A stretch of DNA of 64,000 bases from Chloroflexota bacterium (GCA_964291655.2 OZ219802.1:2368001-2432000), one strand, 5' to 3'. Shown: positions 29,783 to 39,890, counted from the first letter of the stretch. Program-made: numbers and translations. Notes: a model not told the origin generated them from the sequence alone.

Positions 29783-30512
29783 TTCGGGACCTGCCGCGGC
29801 GGAACCGGCCGTTGAGGCGCGAGGGCTTGCGAAGTATTACGGTCCTCAGGTCGCGCTGGATCAGGTGGACCTGTCTCTCGGCGAAGGCGAACGTCTAGCG
29901 GTTCTCGGATCTAACGGCGCCGGCAAGACGACGCTGATTGACTTGCTAGGGACGACGCTGCGACCGTCGGCGGGCACGCTGCGGGTCATGGGTTTTGATA
30001 GCGCCGATGCGCCGAACGAGGTGCGACGACGCGTTGGTGTCGTCGCGCACCGTACCTACCTTTACGAGGAGCTCTCGGCACGTGAAAACTTGCTTTTCTA
30101 CGGCCGGCTTTACGGGGTGCAAGACCCGGAAGCTCGCGTTGAAGGGTTGCTGAAACTCGTAGGCATATTCCCCCGGCGCCACGAACAGATTGGCAATCTA
30201 TCCCGGGGCATGCAGCAGCGCGTGGCCCTGGCCCGGGCCCTTGTGCATGACCCCGCTGTGCTGCTCCTGGACGAACCCGACACCGGCTTGGACCAAGAGC
30301 ATCTAGATCTTTTGGCCTCGCTCGTGCAAGGCAACGCTATACCTCCCCGGACGACAGTACTGACCACCCACAACGCCGATCGCGCGCTCGCGTTGTGCAA
30401 TCGCGTCGCAGTGCTCGCCCAGGGACGTTTGGTCTATCAAGCCGCGATAGCCGATCTTGATCGCACAGCCCTGCACGACGCATTCCGGCGCCAGGCGGGA
30501 GCAGCGCAGTGA
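29769..30512 (+). CDS. ccmA: Heme exporter ATP-binding subunit CcmA
   Basis: GSNGAGKT, LSRGMQQR, LLDEP; operon context. Confidence 0.92.
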   Translation: MAMSDSGPAAAEPAVEARGLAKYYGPQVALDQVDLSLGEGERLAVLGSNGAGKTTLIDLLGTTLRPSAGTLRVMGFDSADAPNEVRRRVGVVAHRTYLYEELSARENLLFYGRLYGVQDPEARVEGLLKLVGIFPRRHEQIGNLSRGMQQRVALARALVHDPAVLLLDEPDTGLDQEHLDLLASLVQGNAIPPRTTVLTTHNADRALALCNRVAVLAQGRLVYQAAIADLDRTALHDAFRRQAGAAQ

Positions 30513-31177
30513 GTCTCGCCCTGCGGCAAGTCCTGGCTGTTGTCCGGAAAGACCTTCTGGTTGAAGCGCGGGCGCGTGACCTGTTGCTCGTGATGCTCAC
30601 ATTTGCCGTGCTGTCTCTTGTCATCTTCAATCTTGCCCTGGATCTCTGGGGGCCAGTGGTGGAGCAAGTTGGCCCCGGCTTGCTGTGGCTGACGATAACG
30701 TTTGCCGCAATGCTGGGCATGGGGCGAACCTTCGTGCGCGAGTACGAGCGGGGCACCCTTACTGGTCTGCTCCTTGCGCCGATAGACCGGGGCACACTCT
30801 TCATCGGAAAGTTGCTGGCAAATCTCATATTCCTTTTCATAATGGAAGCGGTCACGCTGCCCATGTTTGCCCTGCTTTTCAACCTGCCGGTGCTTCAGCC
30901 GTCCGTGATTTTTGTTACCGCATTGGGCACGCTGGGTTTCGCTATCCTCGGTACAATGTTCTCCGCCATGGCGGCGCACAGCCGGGCGCGCGAAGCGCTG
31001 CTGCCGCTCCTGCTGTTGCCCACCACCGTGCCTGTGCTCATCGGCGCGGTGAAAGCGACCAGCGATGCCATGAGCGGCACCGAGGGCGGTCCACCGTGGA
31101 TCGGTCTGCTCATTGCTTTCAACGTGATATTCTTGACTCTCTCGTACTTGTTGTTTGAACACGCCTTAGAGGGATGA
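30509..31177 (+). CDS. ccmB: Heme exporter membrane subunit CcmB
   Basis: RKDLLVEAR, EYERGTL, REALLPLLLLP. Confidence 0.93.
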   Translation: MSLALRQVLAVVRKDLLVEARARDLLLVMLTFAVLSLVIFNLALDLWGPVVEQVGPGLLWLTITFAAMLGMGRTFVREYERGTLTGLLLAPIDRGTLFIGKLLANLIFLFIMEAVTLPMFALLFNLPVLQPSVIFVTALGTLGFAILGTMFSAMAAHSRAREALLPLLLLPTTVPVLIGAVKATSDAMSGTEGGPPWIGLLIAFNVIFLTLSYLLFEHALEG

Positions 31178-31444
31178 ATTCGGCCTCATGGTTCGAGAGA
31201 AAGTAACAATACAATGGTAAACTGGATGCCGGAGCCTATTAAGCTCGCTTCACAAAGATTCTCACCCATTAATGTATGCTCGAGAGGCAAAGCAAACGGC
31301 GACAGTTAGCCACAGTCTTCGCGTTGCGCCGCGTTCGTGACAGAATCAGCGGACGATGCGAGGAACCGCGGACGCTGACGCGGGTGAAGAGTCGTTGTAG
31401 TCCTCAGATCATGCATCGCAATGTTACTGGAGGAAAGGAGGCCG

Positions 31445-32149
31445 ATGTTGCTGAGCAGGAATGAAGGCGGCGTGAGGAGATGGATCGACGACATTCTCGG
31501 CATTGCTACATTGGTCGGTATGGTGGTGGCGCTTTGGCTCATCCTCATCTACACCCCCGTTGAGCTCGTGCAAGGCGCGTCGCAGAAAGTCTTCTACATC
31601 CACCTGGCGTCGATCTGGAATGCCTATCTGAGCTTCTTTTTCGTCTTTGTGGCGAGCATTTTGTATCTCCGGCGGGCAAGCCCGGCCACAGACAGATTTG
31701 CACGTGCGTGGGCGGAGGTTGGCGTAATCTTCATCTCGATCACGCTGATCAGCGGAGCGATTTGGGGTAAGCCGATTTGGGGAACGTACTGGAGTTGGGA
31801 CCCGCGTCTTACCACCACGCTCTTGCTGTGGATTATTTACGTGGTCTACCTCATGCTACGGGGGTTCGTGGGCGATCCCGAACGCGGCCGGCGCTATGCG
31901 GCAATCGTTGGCATCATTGGTTTCATAGACGTGCCCATCGTGCACATGTCGGTACGTTGGTGGCGCACGTTGCATCCGGATCCCATCGTGGCCAGAGCAG
32001 AGGGGCCGGACTTGCCCATGAGCATGTGGTACACGGTCCTTTACTGCATTGTGGTGTTCACCGTCTTGGCTGTTTTCTTAGTGCGCCAGCGTTTGCAGAT
32101 CGACGAGCTGCGGGAAACCCTTACTCACCTGCGCATGTCCGCGAGATGA
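31445..32149 (+). CDS. ccmC: Heme exporter subunit CcmC
   Basis: FYIH, WGKPIWGTYWSWDPRLT, WWRTLHP; AAGGAGG RBS before 31445. Confidence 0.95.
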   Translation: MLLSRNEGGVRRWIDDILGIATLVGMVVALWLILIYTPVELVQGASQKVFYIHLASIWNAYLSFFFVFVASILYLRRASPATDRFARAWAEVGVIFISITLISGAIWGKPIWGTYWSWDPRLTTTLLLWIIYVVYLMLRGFVGDPERGRRYAAIVGIIGFIDVPIVHMSVRWWRTLHPDPIVARAEGPDLPMSMWYTVLYCIVVFTVLAVFLVRQRLQIDELRETLTHLRMSAR

Positions 32150-32169
32150 AAGGAAAAGGAATCATCTGA

Positions 32170-32349
32170 ATGGACACGATACAGAACTTCGAGTATCTCT
32201 TTGCTGCCTACGCCATCCTTTGGGTGGTCGTCTTTGGCTACTTCTTCTATATCACCCGCCAGCTTGGCGAATTGCGGCGCGAGGTCAACGCGCTGCGCGA
32301 GCAACACACAAGCCGCGAATCCGGCGCGGATGAGGCTTCAGATTCATAG
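32170..32349 (+). CDS. ccmD: CcmD family protein (59 aa, absent from the ORF track)
   Basis: MDTIQNFEYLFAAYAILWVVVFGYFFYITRQLGELRREVNALRE...; AAGGA RBS; directly after ccmC. Confidence 0.85.
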   Translation: MDTIQNFEYLFAAYAILWVVVFGYFFYITRQLGELRREVNALREQHTSRESGADEASDS

Positions 32350-32501
32350 CCGACGTGCCTGCGAAGCGGTGCAGAGACTCCTTATCGCGGCGGGTGTGGA
32401 AGTGCCAGAGCAAGACGTTGCTTTGTTGGCACTCCAATGTGTGCATGTTATCCTATAAATAATGAAGTAATGGCAGAAACCAGGAATTCGAGCCAGTTGA
32501 A

Positions 32502-34061
32502 ATGACGGAAGACTTACCGTGTACTTCTGCAGATGCAGGAAGCCAAGCTGCGGGTGCAGGAAGCCGAACAGCAGAAGCAGATAGTCCCGGGAGCCAAGAG
32601 CCTAATTCACTAGGAAGCGACCAAGCTCTGGATACACTCACAGAAACCGACGCCCGCGAACGCAGTCTGGCCCTCAATGACAGCGTTCCCGCCAGCGGCT
32701 TGTTTGGCGAGGCCGACCGTCCCCTGGTGGAGGGGTCGCGCGCGTCATGGCGGATCTCGCCGGAACCGTTCCTCATTTCCCAAGACAGCCTCGAGGGATT
32801 GCAGCAATTAGGAAACCAATTGCTGGCCTTCTATAGCGCGGCGAATGGACTCTACCGCCGCAGCGTGCGCGGTACCATTCCTGCGTTCTTCCATGAATAC
32901 CTTGACATCGGCAAGAGCGAGACCGTAATCGACTACGGGCGCATGAATCGTTTCCGCCGCGATCTGCCTGGCGTGATTCGGCCGGACCTTCTACTCACAA
33001 CCGACGGCGTGAAGGCTGCCGAACTCGACTCCATCCCCGGTGGCATCGGCCTCACCGGCAGCATGCAGCAGCATTACAGCGGCCTGGGCTTTGACATGAT
33101 CGGCGGCGCAAACGGCATGGTGGAAGGTTTTGCCGCCATGATCCGCAGCCGCGCGGCTAAGGATGACCCGCAGCTTGCTATCGCCGTCTCCGATGAATCC
33201 AACGACTACCGTCCTGAAATGCAGTGGGTCTCCGATCAGTTGTGTGCACTTGGCATGGCTAGCGCATGCGCCAAGCCGGAAGAGATTGAATTGCACGGCG
33301 ACAGACTCATGGTTCACGACCGGCCGGTCGACACGCTTTACCGCTTCTTTGAACTCTTCGACCTCAAGAACATCCCGAACTACGACATTCTCCTTTACGC
33401 CGTGCGCAAGCAACTCGTGGCCATGACGCCGCCGGCGAAGGCGTATCTTGAGGAAAAGCTGCTCTTCGCGCTGTTCCATCATCCCGTACTGGCTGAATTT
33501 TGGAAGCAGGAGCTGGGGGCAAAGACCGTTGCCGCTTTGAAACGAGTAATTCCTGATACCTGGATACTGGATCCGCGGCCCTTGCCGCCGCAAGCGGTCG
33601 TGCCGGGACTGGAGATCGCCAAACGTCCGGTGACGAACTGGGACCAACTTAAGGGCTTGGGCCAAGCAGACCGTCGGCTCGTAATTAAGCCTTCCGGCTT
33701 TTCAGCCACCGCCTGGGGCAGCCGCGGCGTTACCATCGGCCACGACCAACCGGAATCGGAGTGGGATAATGCCGTGCAGACAGCCCTCGACGCATTCACA
33801 ACAACCCCTCACGTATTGCAGAAGTTCCATCACGGTAAGCGTTATGGCACCCGCCACTACGACTTTGCGCAGGACACAGTCCGCAAAATGCACGGACGGG
33901 TGCGCTTGAGCCCGTATTACTTTGTTGTAAACAATGAGGCGCAACTAGCGGGTATCCTGGTAACCATCGTACCGGCAGACAAGAAGCTCATTCACGGTAT
34001 GGTTGACGCCGTGATGGTGCCTGCCGCCGTAAGCGATAACGGGGTAGACATTGACCTGTAA
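32502..34061 (+). CDS. Glutathionylspermidine-synthase-like / circularly permuted ATP-grasp protein
   Basis: IRPDLL, ELDSIPGG, YRFFELFD, VIKPSGFS..WGSRGV, LQKF, RVRLSPY. Confidence 0.65.
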   Translation: MTEDLPCTSADAGSQAAGAGSRTAEADSPGSQEPNSLGSDQALDTLTETDARERSLALNDSVPASGLFGEADRPLVEGSRASWRISPEPFLISQDSLEGLQQLGNQLLAFYSAANGLYRRSVRGTIPAFFHEYLDIGKSETVIDYGRMNRFRRDLPGVIRPDLLLTTDGVKAAELDSIPGGIGLTGSMQQHYSGLGFDMIGGANGMVEGFAAMIRSRAAKDDPQLAIAVSDESNDYRPEMQWVSDQLCALGMASACAKPEEIELHGDRLMVHDRPVDTLYRFFELFDLKNIPNYDILLYAVRKQLVAMTPPAKAYLEEKLLFALFHHPVLAEFWKQELGAKTVAALKRVIPDTWILDPRPLPPQAVVPGLEIAKRPVTNWDQLKGLGQADRRLVIKPSGFSATAWGSRGVTIGHDQPESEWDNAVQTALDAFTTTPHVLQKFHHGKRYGTRHYDFAQDTVRKMHGRVRLSPYYFVVNNEAQLAGILVTIVPADKKLIHGMVDAVMVPAAVSDNGVDIDL

Positions 34062-34128
34062 TGTGTTGCTACCGTTTTCAGAAGCATGTGACAAATACGT
34101 TGGCTTTCCGTCAGTCTCTTCTCCCTGA

Positions 34129-34625
34129 GAAGAGCTCTGCGTAACTTTAACGAGCACGCGAAATTGGGCTGGAACGGTGGCGATTCACCCTCACCCCGGC
34201 CCTCTCCCTGTACAGACCGGGGACATAGGTAACAGTTGTTCGGGGACATGGGTAACACATTTTACTGATTGACACCTACGAGAGCATTGGGTTGGTCCGG
34301 GTTTGATAAGAGACTGGCGACACAGTGCACTCACTTTCCGCCTGTCAGCTTGTGCCAGAGAAACAAACAGTGTGCATAAGGATATTGAGTGGATCTAACT
34401 TTCAAGGCAAGGACATCGCATACTACGAAAACCCCCTCGTTCTATGGTGTTACCTATGAGCCCGAACAACTGTTACCCATGTCCCCGGTCTATACACTCC
34501 CCCAGGAGAGGGTGCAGAGTGCGAAACCGGGTGAACATAGAGCAACTCCGGTCCCCTCTCCTGGGGGAGAGGGTTAGGGTGAGGGGATGTTCTCACTTAC
34601 CGGCTTGAGTTGTGCAAAGGTCTCC
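34129..34625. mobile_element. GGAGACC-family carrier MITE with two REP hairpins and a nested 288-bp MITE
   Basis: Degenerate left end GAAGAGCTCTGCGTAAC, right end GTTGTGCAAAGGTCTCC; TGA duplicated at 34126-34128 and 34626-34628. Confidence 0.65.
34209..34496. mobile_element. 288-bp IS481-derived MITE, copy 2 (inverted relative to copy 1)
   Basis: About 11 substitutions versus 10383-10670; CTCCC duplicated at 34204-34208 and 34497-34501. Confidence 0.92.
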
Positions 34626-34740
34626 TGAGGGAGAGGGCTATAGCCTGCCCCGTACTCGATACGGGGGTGAGGGTGAGAAGTTAGAGCAAAACTGGATTGA
34701 CTAGGAACTCGCAGGGGGATTTGGAGAAAAGGGAGCCGCA

Positions 34741-35922
34741 ATGGCATTACCGCAGACTCAAGTGAAACGAGAGAAAGAAGAGTGGCAAGAGCTGCTTGCG
34801 GCGGGTATCAACCGGCCGGAAAAGCTCATCACCGAATTGGGCGAGCGCCTCGGCTTGGATGATGAGACTGCGGCCAGCCTCCACCAGAATTTCCCGGTGC
34901 GCATCAATCCCTACTATCTCGGCCTGATCGAAGAGGTAAACGATCCCATCTGGCGTCAGGCGATCCCCGACGAGATGGAACTCGACCACAGCGATACCAT
35001 GACTACCATGGACCCGCTGGCGGAGGATATGGACTCGCCGGTGCCCTATCTGACGCACCGCTACCCAGACCGCGTGCTCATGGTGGTGCAATTGCAGTGC
35101 GCCATGTACTGCCGCTTCTGCACGCGGCGCCGCGAAGTCGGCAGCCGCAATGCCGTCAAGAAGGAAGACTGGGACCGGCAGATCGAGTACATCGCCACGC
35201 ACCCGGAAGTGCGCGATGTCATCATCTCCGGCGGCGACCCCTTCATGCTGCTCGACCATCAGATTGACTACATTCTCAAGGGCCTGCGGGCGATCCCGCA
35301 CATGGAGATCATCCGCCTTGATTCGCGGATGCCCGTCACCCTGCCCCAGCGCGTGACGGAGAACCTCTGCCAGATCGTCCAGCGGTACCATCCGGTCTAC
35401 CTGAATACGCACTTCAACCACCCCCGCGAGATCACGCCTGAGTCCTCCCGCGCGTGTGAGCTCATGAACGATCACGGCGTTCCCGTGGGCAACCAGAGCG
35501 TGCTGCTGCGCGGTGTGAATGACGATCCTGAAACCATGAAGACCCTGGTCCAAGAACTGCTGAAAATTCGCGTCAAGCCCTACTATCTCTACCAGGCCGA
35601 CCTGGTCACCGGCACCAGCCACTTCCGCACCGCTGTGGAGAAAGGCTTGGAGATCATCAAGGCAATCCAGGGCCACACCAGCGGCATGGCCGTGCCCCAC
35701 TATGTGATCGACGCGCCCCAGGGCGGCGGCAAGATTCCGGTGACGCCCGACTTCATCCAGGAAATCACGGAAAATGAGATTGTGCTCAAGAACTACGAGG
35801 GCAAGGTCTACCGTTATCCGATTGATTCCGAAGTGCCGAACGCGCGGGAAGCAACTAAGCCCCAAGCCCACGGTAACGGCAAGAGCAATGGCAGCTCCTC
35901 CGCCCCTTCAAACGGAGTGTAG
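34741..35922 (+). CDS. kamA: KamA family radical SAM enzyme (lysine 2,3-aminomutase-like)
   Basis: THRYPDR, CAMYCRFC, SGGDP, NQSVLL, GGGK PLP lysine. Confidence 0.9.
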   Translation: MALPQTQVKREKEEWQELLAAGINRPEKLITELGERLGLDDETAASLHQNFPVRINPYYLGLIEEVNDPIWRQAIPDEMELDHSDTMTTMDPLAEDMDSPVPYLTHRYPDRVLMVVQLQCAMYCRFCTRRREVGSRNAVKKEDWDRQIEYIATHPEVRDVIISGGDPFMLLDHQIDYILKGLRAIPHMEIIRLDSRMPVTLPQRVTENLCQIVQRYHPVYLNTHFNHPREITPESSRACELMNDHGVPVGNQSVLLRGVNDDPETMKTLVQELLKIRVKPYYLYQADLVTGTSHFRTAVEKGLEIIKAIQGHTSGMAVPHYVIDAPQGGGKIPVTPDFIQEITENEIVLKNYEGKVYRYPIDSEVPNAREATKPQAHGNGKSNGSSSAPSNGV

Positions 35923-35966
35923 CCGCGGTCGCACTGGGAAGCGCGAGCGCTGTACGGGCAACCTTC

Positions 35967-36093
35967 TGTCATTCCGAATGGAGCATAGCGGAGTAAGGAA
36001 TCTAAAACGCTAGACCTATTGAATAGTCTGCGGCATGGACTCTAGATTTCTCGCTGCGCTCGAAATGACAGTCGGGGCTGCGCTCGAAATGAC
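35967..36093. repeat. Inverted REP pair (REPIN-like)
   Basis: TGTCATTCCGAATGGAGC..GGAATCT ... AGATTTCTCGCTGCGCTCGAAATGACA; same layout as the pairs at 13885 and 24001. Confidence 0.75.
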
Positions 36094-36291
36094 TGGTGAG
36101 ACGCAGAATTCGGATGGACTACCCGTGTTGAGGACGGATTCGCGACGTACGAGACGTTAAGGACGGGATTACGGCGCACGAGACTGTGAACACACCCAGG
36201 CACTATTCGTTGCTTGGCGACCAGGCAATGAAGTACGCGCACCCTCATTTCTGTTATCGCTAGCCAGAGCCACGCAAGAGAAACTCCTCTC

Positions 36292-37335
36292 ATGAATGCC
36301 CCGCTCCGTATTGCCGCCGTTGGCTTGGAACACGACGAGATCTATCGTGTGCTCGACCGGCTGCGCGGACATGAATCTGCCGAGCTGGTAGCCATTGCCG
36401 AGCGCAGCGGTCGCCTGCGTATGGCCGCTGAAGGCAGGTATCGTGTGCCGGTCTTTCCGCGACTCACCCCGCTCTTGGCGAAAGTCGCCGTAGATGCCGT
36501 CGTCGTGGCCACGCCCAATGGCGACAAGGCGGCAGTCATCGAAGAAGCATTGCGCGCCGGTACGCATGTCATCGCCCATGCGCCGCTTGCGGTTACGACC
36601 GAGCAATGCCACGCCGTGGCAGAGGCGCAGCGGACTGCCGACGCCGGTTTAGTCTTGCTGCTGCCGTTGCGCTTTGCGCCGGCCTACGGAGACCTGCGGG
36701 CGGCGCTCACGCAGGGGGTACTCGGCGATATTAGCCAAACGGTTATCATCAACTCGCAGCAGGTCACGGCCACACCCCGCACTCAGGCATTCTTTGCGAC
36801 GAAGGCGCACGGGGGCATTCTGACGAACCTCGCCGTTCACGACCTGGACGCGCTGCGTTGGCTCGGCGGAGACATAGCCGTGGAGTATGCCGCAACGCGG
36901 CGCATCGGCATAGCCGGGTACCCCGACTTTGAGGACGCCGGCCTCGTGCGCTGCCGACTGGCGGGTGGCGGCGAAGGCGTGGTGGTGTGCAACTGGCTCG
37001 CGCCGGAGGCAGCCGCGCCTTTCCACGAACATACCGTCATCGGCACGGAAGGCACGGCATGGATTAGCGGCGGAAAGCTCCAGATTTGGGGCGGAGCGCC
37101 TGCGGAGACCCCACGCGACAGCACGGGCGACACGGCCTATGGTGCACTCGGACGCGCCCTGTCGCCGGACGATGCCGGACACGCTGATGACGAGGTTGTC
37201 TCCGCTATGCTCGACGCCGCGCTCATAGCGCTTGGCGATGCCCACTTGAGAGCGGCGGTCACTGCGGATGCGCTGCGCACGACCCGCGCCGCGTTGGAGG
37301 CACAGGCCATCGCGTGGCAGCATAGCTCTCCGTGA
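36292..37335 (+). CDS. Gfo/Idh/MocA family oxidoreductase
   Basis: N-terminal Rossmann fold, GGILTNLAVHDLD; EKP motif replaced by HAP. Confidence 0.85.
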   Translation: MNAPLRIAAVGLEHDEIYRVLDRLRGHESAELVAIAERSGRLRMAAEGRYRVPVFPRLTPLLAKVAVDAVVVATPNGDKAAVIEEALRAGTHVIAHAPLAVTTEQCHAVAEAQRTADAGLVLLLPLRFAPAYGDLRAALTQGVLGDISQTVIINSQQVTATPRTQAFFATKAHGGILTNLAVHDLDALRWLGGDIAVEYAATRRIGIAGYPDFEDAGLVRCRLAGGGEGVVVCNWLAPEAAAPFHEHTVIGTEGTAWISGGKLQIWGGAPAETPRDSTGDTAYGALGRALSPDDAGHADDEVVSAMLDAALIALGDAHLRAAVTADALRTTRAALEAQAIAWQHSSP

Positions 37336-37437
37336 AGCGCCTGTCCACTTTCGGATACGACGCAAGCGCGTGTCACCGCGCCAGGGGGGCGCGCCGCAAA
37401 TTGCAGACCTGCCGCCAGTGCGAGAGAGGCGCGTGAC

Positions 37438-38298
37438 GTGAACGAATCCGACCAGACAACGCCGAAGTTACTCACAATCGGCCACGCCTCGCGGGATCTC
37501 GTGCCCGGCGGCTGGCGCTGGGGCGGCACGGTGACCTACGCCGCACTGCTAGCGCGCACCTGGGGAATATCTACGGCTGTGCTCACTGCTCTGGCACCGG
37601 CAGACGTTGGCCCGTATCAGACACTTCTCGGCAGTGACGCTATGCTGCACGCTCTTCCATCGCAGAGCACGACCTCAATGGAAAACGTGTATTCCGCCAC
37701 GGGGCGCAGACAGCAGCTCGCCGCCAAAGCCGCAAAGATTCACCCCCGCCACGTACCCGTGGCTTGGCGCTCCACTCCCACTGTGCTCGTCGCGCCTCTC
37801 GTCGGCGAGGTATCCACACAGTTTGGCAGCTACTTTCCACAAGATTCACTGGTAGCGATGACAATTCAAGGCCGCCTGCGCTCGCACCGCAAAGGCCGCA
37901 TGTACACGCGCCGTTGGCACCGCGCCGAGCAGGAATTCTCGGCCTACGACATCATTTTCTTCTCCGAGGAAGACGTGCGCGGCAATGCCGAACTTGCCGC
38001 ATACTACGCCTCGCTTGTCCCACTTGCAGTCATGACCCAGGGCAACTCCGGCGCAACCGTCTTTGTGCAAGGTCGGGCGCTGCAATACACTGCCTTTCCG
38101 GCCCAGCCGGTGGACGCGACCGGCGCGGGCGATGTGTTTACTGCCGCATTTCTCTTCACCTATGCGGCAACCCGCGATCCGGCCGCCGCTTGCCGTTACG
38201 CCAATGCTGCTGCCGCGTGCAGCATAGAACACGTCGGAACGAGTGGAATTCCCACACGCCGCCAGGTAGAAGCGCGGCTGCGGACCGAAATCCGGTAG
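37438..38298 (+). CDS. PfkB family carbohydrate kinase
   Basis: GGTVTYA and DATGAGDVF motifs. Confidence 0.9.
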   Translation: MNESDQTTPKLLTIGHASRDLVPGGWRWGGTVTYAALLARTWGISTAVLTALAPADVGPYQTLLGSDAMLHALPSQSTTSMENVYSATGRRQQLAAKAAKIHPRHVPVAWRSTPTVLVAPLVGEVSTQFGSYFPQDSLVAMTIQGRLRSHRKGRMYTRRWHRAEQEFSAYDIIFFSEEDVRGNAELAAYYASLVPLAVMTQGNSGATVFVQGRALQYTAFPAQPVDATGAGDVFTAAFLFTYAATRDPAAACRYANAAAACSIEHVGTSGIPTRRQVEARLRTEIR

Positions 38299-38625
38299 GC
38301 AGCTTGGCTGCGCCGACGCTTACGTCCCTGCTTCGCAGGGAGTTACCCTCCTGCCGGACCCCGTTCATTGCAATTGCCACGGCTCCCAGATTCACATGTC
38401 TTGGCCGCGAATCTGCCACGACGCGGGAGACAAGCACCCACGCTGCGGCATTACTTGCCCCCTCTCCCTCGTGAAAGCCTCCCGTATTGGCGTGCGTAGT
38501 AGGCTTTGCGCAAATTCGGCTGCAGTCCCGCATATTGCTCCCTCTCCCACACATTGCTCCCTCTCCCCTGGGAGACCTCTGCATAACCCCACTTTCAAGC
38601 AAGGGCACTCCCTCTCCCTGGGGGA

Positions 38626-39890
38626 TGTACAGACCGGGGACATAGGTAACAGATGTTCGGGTAGATAGGTTACACATTTTGTGCTCTGAGGTCTATGGTT
38701 TTTACTCTTTGGATCGAGAAGTACACGTCCCAGACACCGTCCGTTCGGGTGGGTCGCAGGGCGACTTGCTTGTGCGTGAAGGCCCTGCCCACACGGAGCC
38801 GTCTGCCTTGGAAGGAGATGCGGCCGGAGACATCGACGCTGCGTACGCGGTCGTCGGGAGCGTAGGCGAGGGCAGGCAAGGTCTCTGGGAAAGGGCGAGG
38901 ACTAGGCGTGTATCTGGTAATGGGAGTGTCGAGATCGAGGGCATGGTGTGGGCGTTCCAAGTTGTAGAAGTGGCGCCAGGTGTCAAAGGCGCGCTGGCAA
39001 TGGTCCAGGTCGGTAAAGGTGGTCCCTGCCAGCAGTTCGCTCTTGAGGGAGCGGTGGAAGCGTTCCAGCTTGCCGAGTGTCTGGGGATGGTAGGGTCGGC
39101 TGTGCAGGACGTTGATGCCCAGCTGCATGAGCCAGACGGTGAGGGGCGTGAAGGGCTGGGCACTGTCGTTACCCCAGGGAGAGCCGTTGTCCATGAGCAT
39201 GGCCTGGGGCAAGCCGTAGCGGCGAAAGACAGCGGTGAGGCGGTCTTGGACCGTCTCTCCCCGCTCGTTGGCACAGGCCTGTAACCCGAGGTTGAAGCGG
39301 GAGTGATCGTCTAGGAGGGTGAGAGGATGACAGCGGTTCTGCTGCATGACGAAATGTCCCTTGAAGTCCATCTGCCACAGCTCGTTGGGCTGGGGTCGTT
39401 CGAAGCGCACATGGGGCGTGTGCTTGGCGCTCTGGGCTGGATCGATGAGCCCATGGCGTTTGAGAATGGCATTGATGGTGCTCTTGGCCGGCACGTCGGT
39501 ATGCCCCTGGTCCTGCAGCATTCTGCGCAGCACATGGGCGCCCTTCGTAGGATGCGCCAGACGCAGCGCGATGATGCGTTCCTCCAGCGCCGGGCGCGTG
39601 CGGTGCGGACACGTGTGCGGCCGCCGCGACCGGTCGTGCAAACCGTCTTCGCCAGCTTCCGCATACCGCTCCAGCGTCTTGTACGCCGTCTTGCGACTGA
39701 TCTCCAGACGGCGACACAGCTCGCTGATGTTGGCCCCTTCCATCAGTGCCAGTGCAATGAACTCCTTGCGTTCAGACACAACCGTACTCTCCTTCCAAGG
39801 CATGGCGCTCCTCCATCTGTAAGAATCTCCATGCCTTAAGGTGTAACCTATGTGCCCGAACATGTGTAACCCATGTACCCGGTCTATACA
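38626..39890 (-). mobile_element. IS481-family insertion sequence A
   Basis: About 50-bp imperfect TIRs TGTA(C/T)AGACCGGG..; GGGGA duplicated at 38621-38625 and 39891-39895. Confidence 0.95.
38670..39803 (-). CDS. IS481-family DDE transposase
   Basis: MPWKES start with GGAGGAG RBS; HTH; WQMDFKG, MDNGSPW, GKLERFHR. Confidence 0.95.
   Translation of the reverse strand: MPWKESTVVSERKEFIALALMEGANISELCRRLEISRKTAYKTLERYAEAGEDGLHDRSRRPHTCPHRTRPALEERIIALRLAHPTKGAHVLRRMLQDQGHTDVPAKSTINAILKRHGLIDPAQSAKHTPHVRFERPQPNELWQMDFKGHFVMQQNRCHPLTLLDDHSRFNLGLQACANERGETVQDRLTAVFRRYGLPQAMLMDNGSPWGNDSAQPFTPLTVWLMQLGINVLHSRPYHPQTLGKLERFHRSLKSELLAGTTFTDLDHCQRAFDTWRHFYNLERPHHALDLDTPITRYTPSPRPFPETLPALAYAPDDRVRSVDVSGRISFQGRRLRVGRAFTHKQVALRPTRTDGVWDVYFSIQRVKTIDLRAQNV

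Noticed and set aside
31310-31392. Possible structured RNA or riboswitch upstream of ccmC
   Set aside because: Only an imperfect GC-rich hairpin with no recognisable riboswitch motif.
34260-34445. Guide RNA in the MITE interior directing REP targeting
   Set aside because: Only short matches (e.g. GGGTTGG) to the target, no convincing structure by eye, and the autonomous elements lack this sequence.
34747-35871. Long antisense ORFs (also 3122-4261, 40073-41353, 56549-57628, 17167-18207)
   Set aside because: Shadow frames of real high-GC genes with no motifs.
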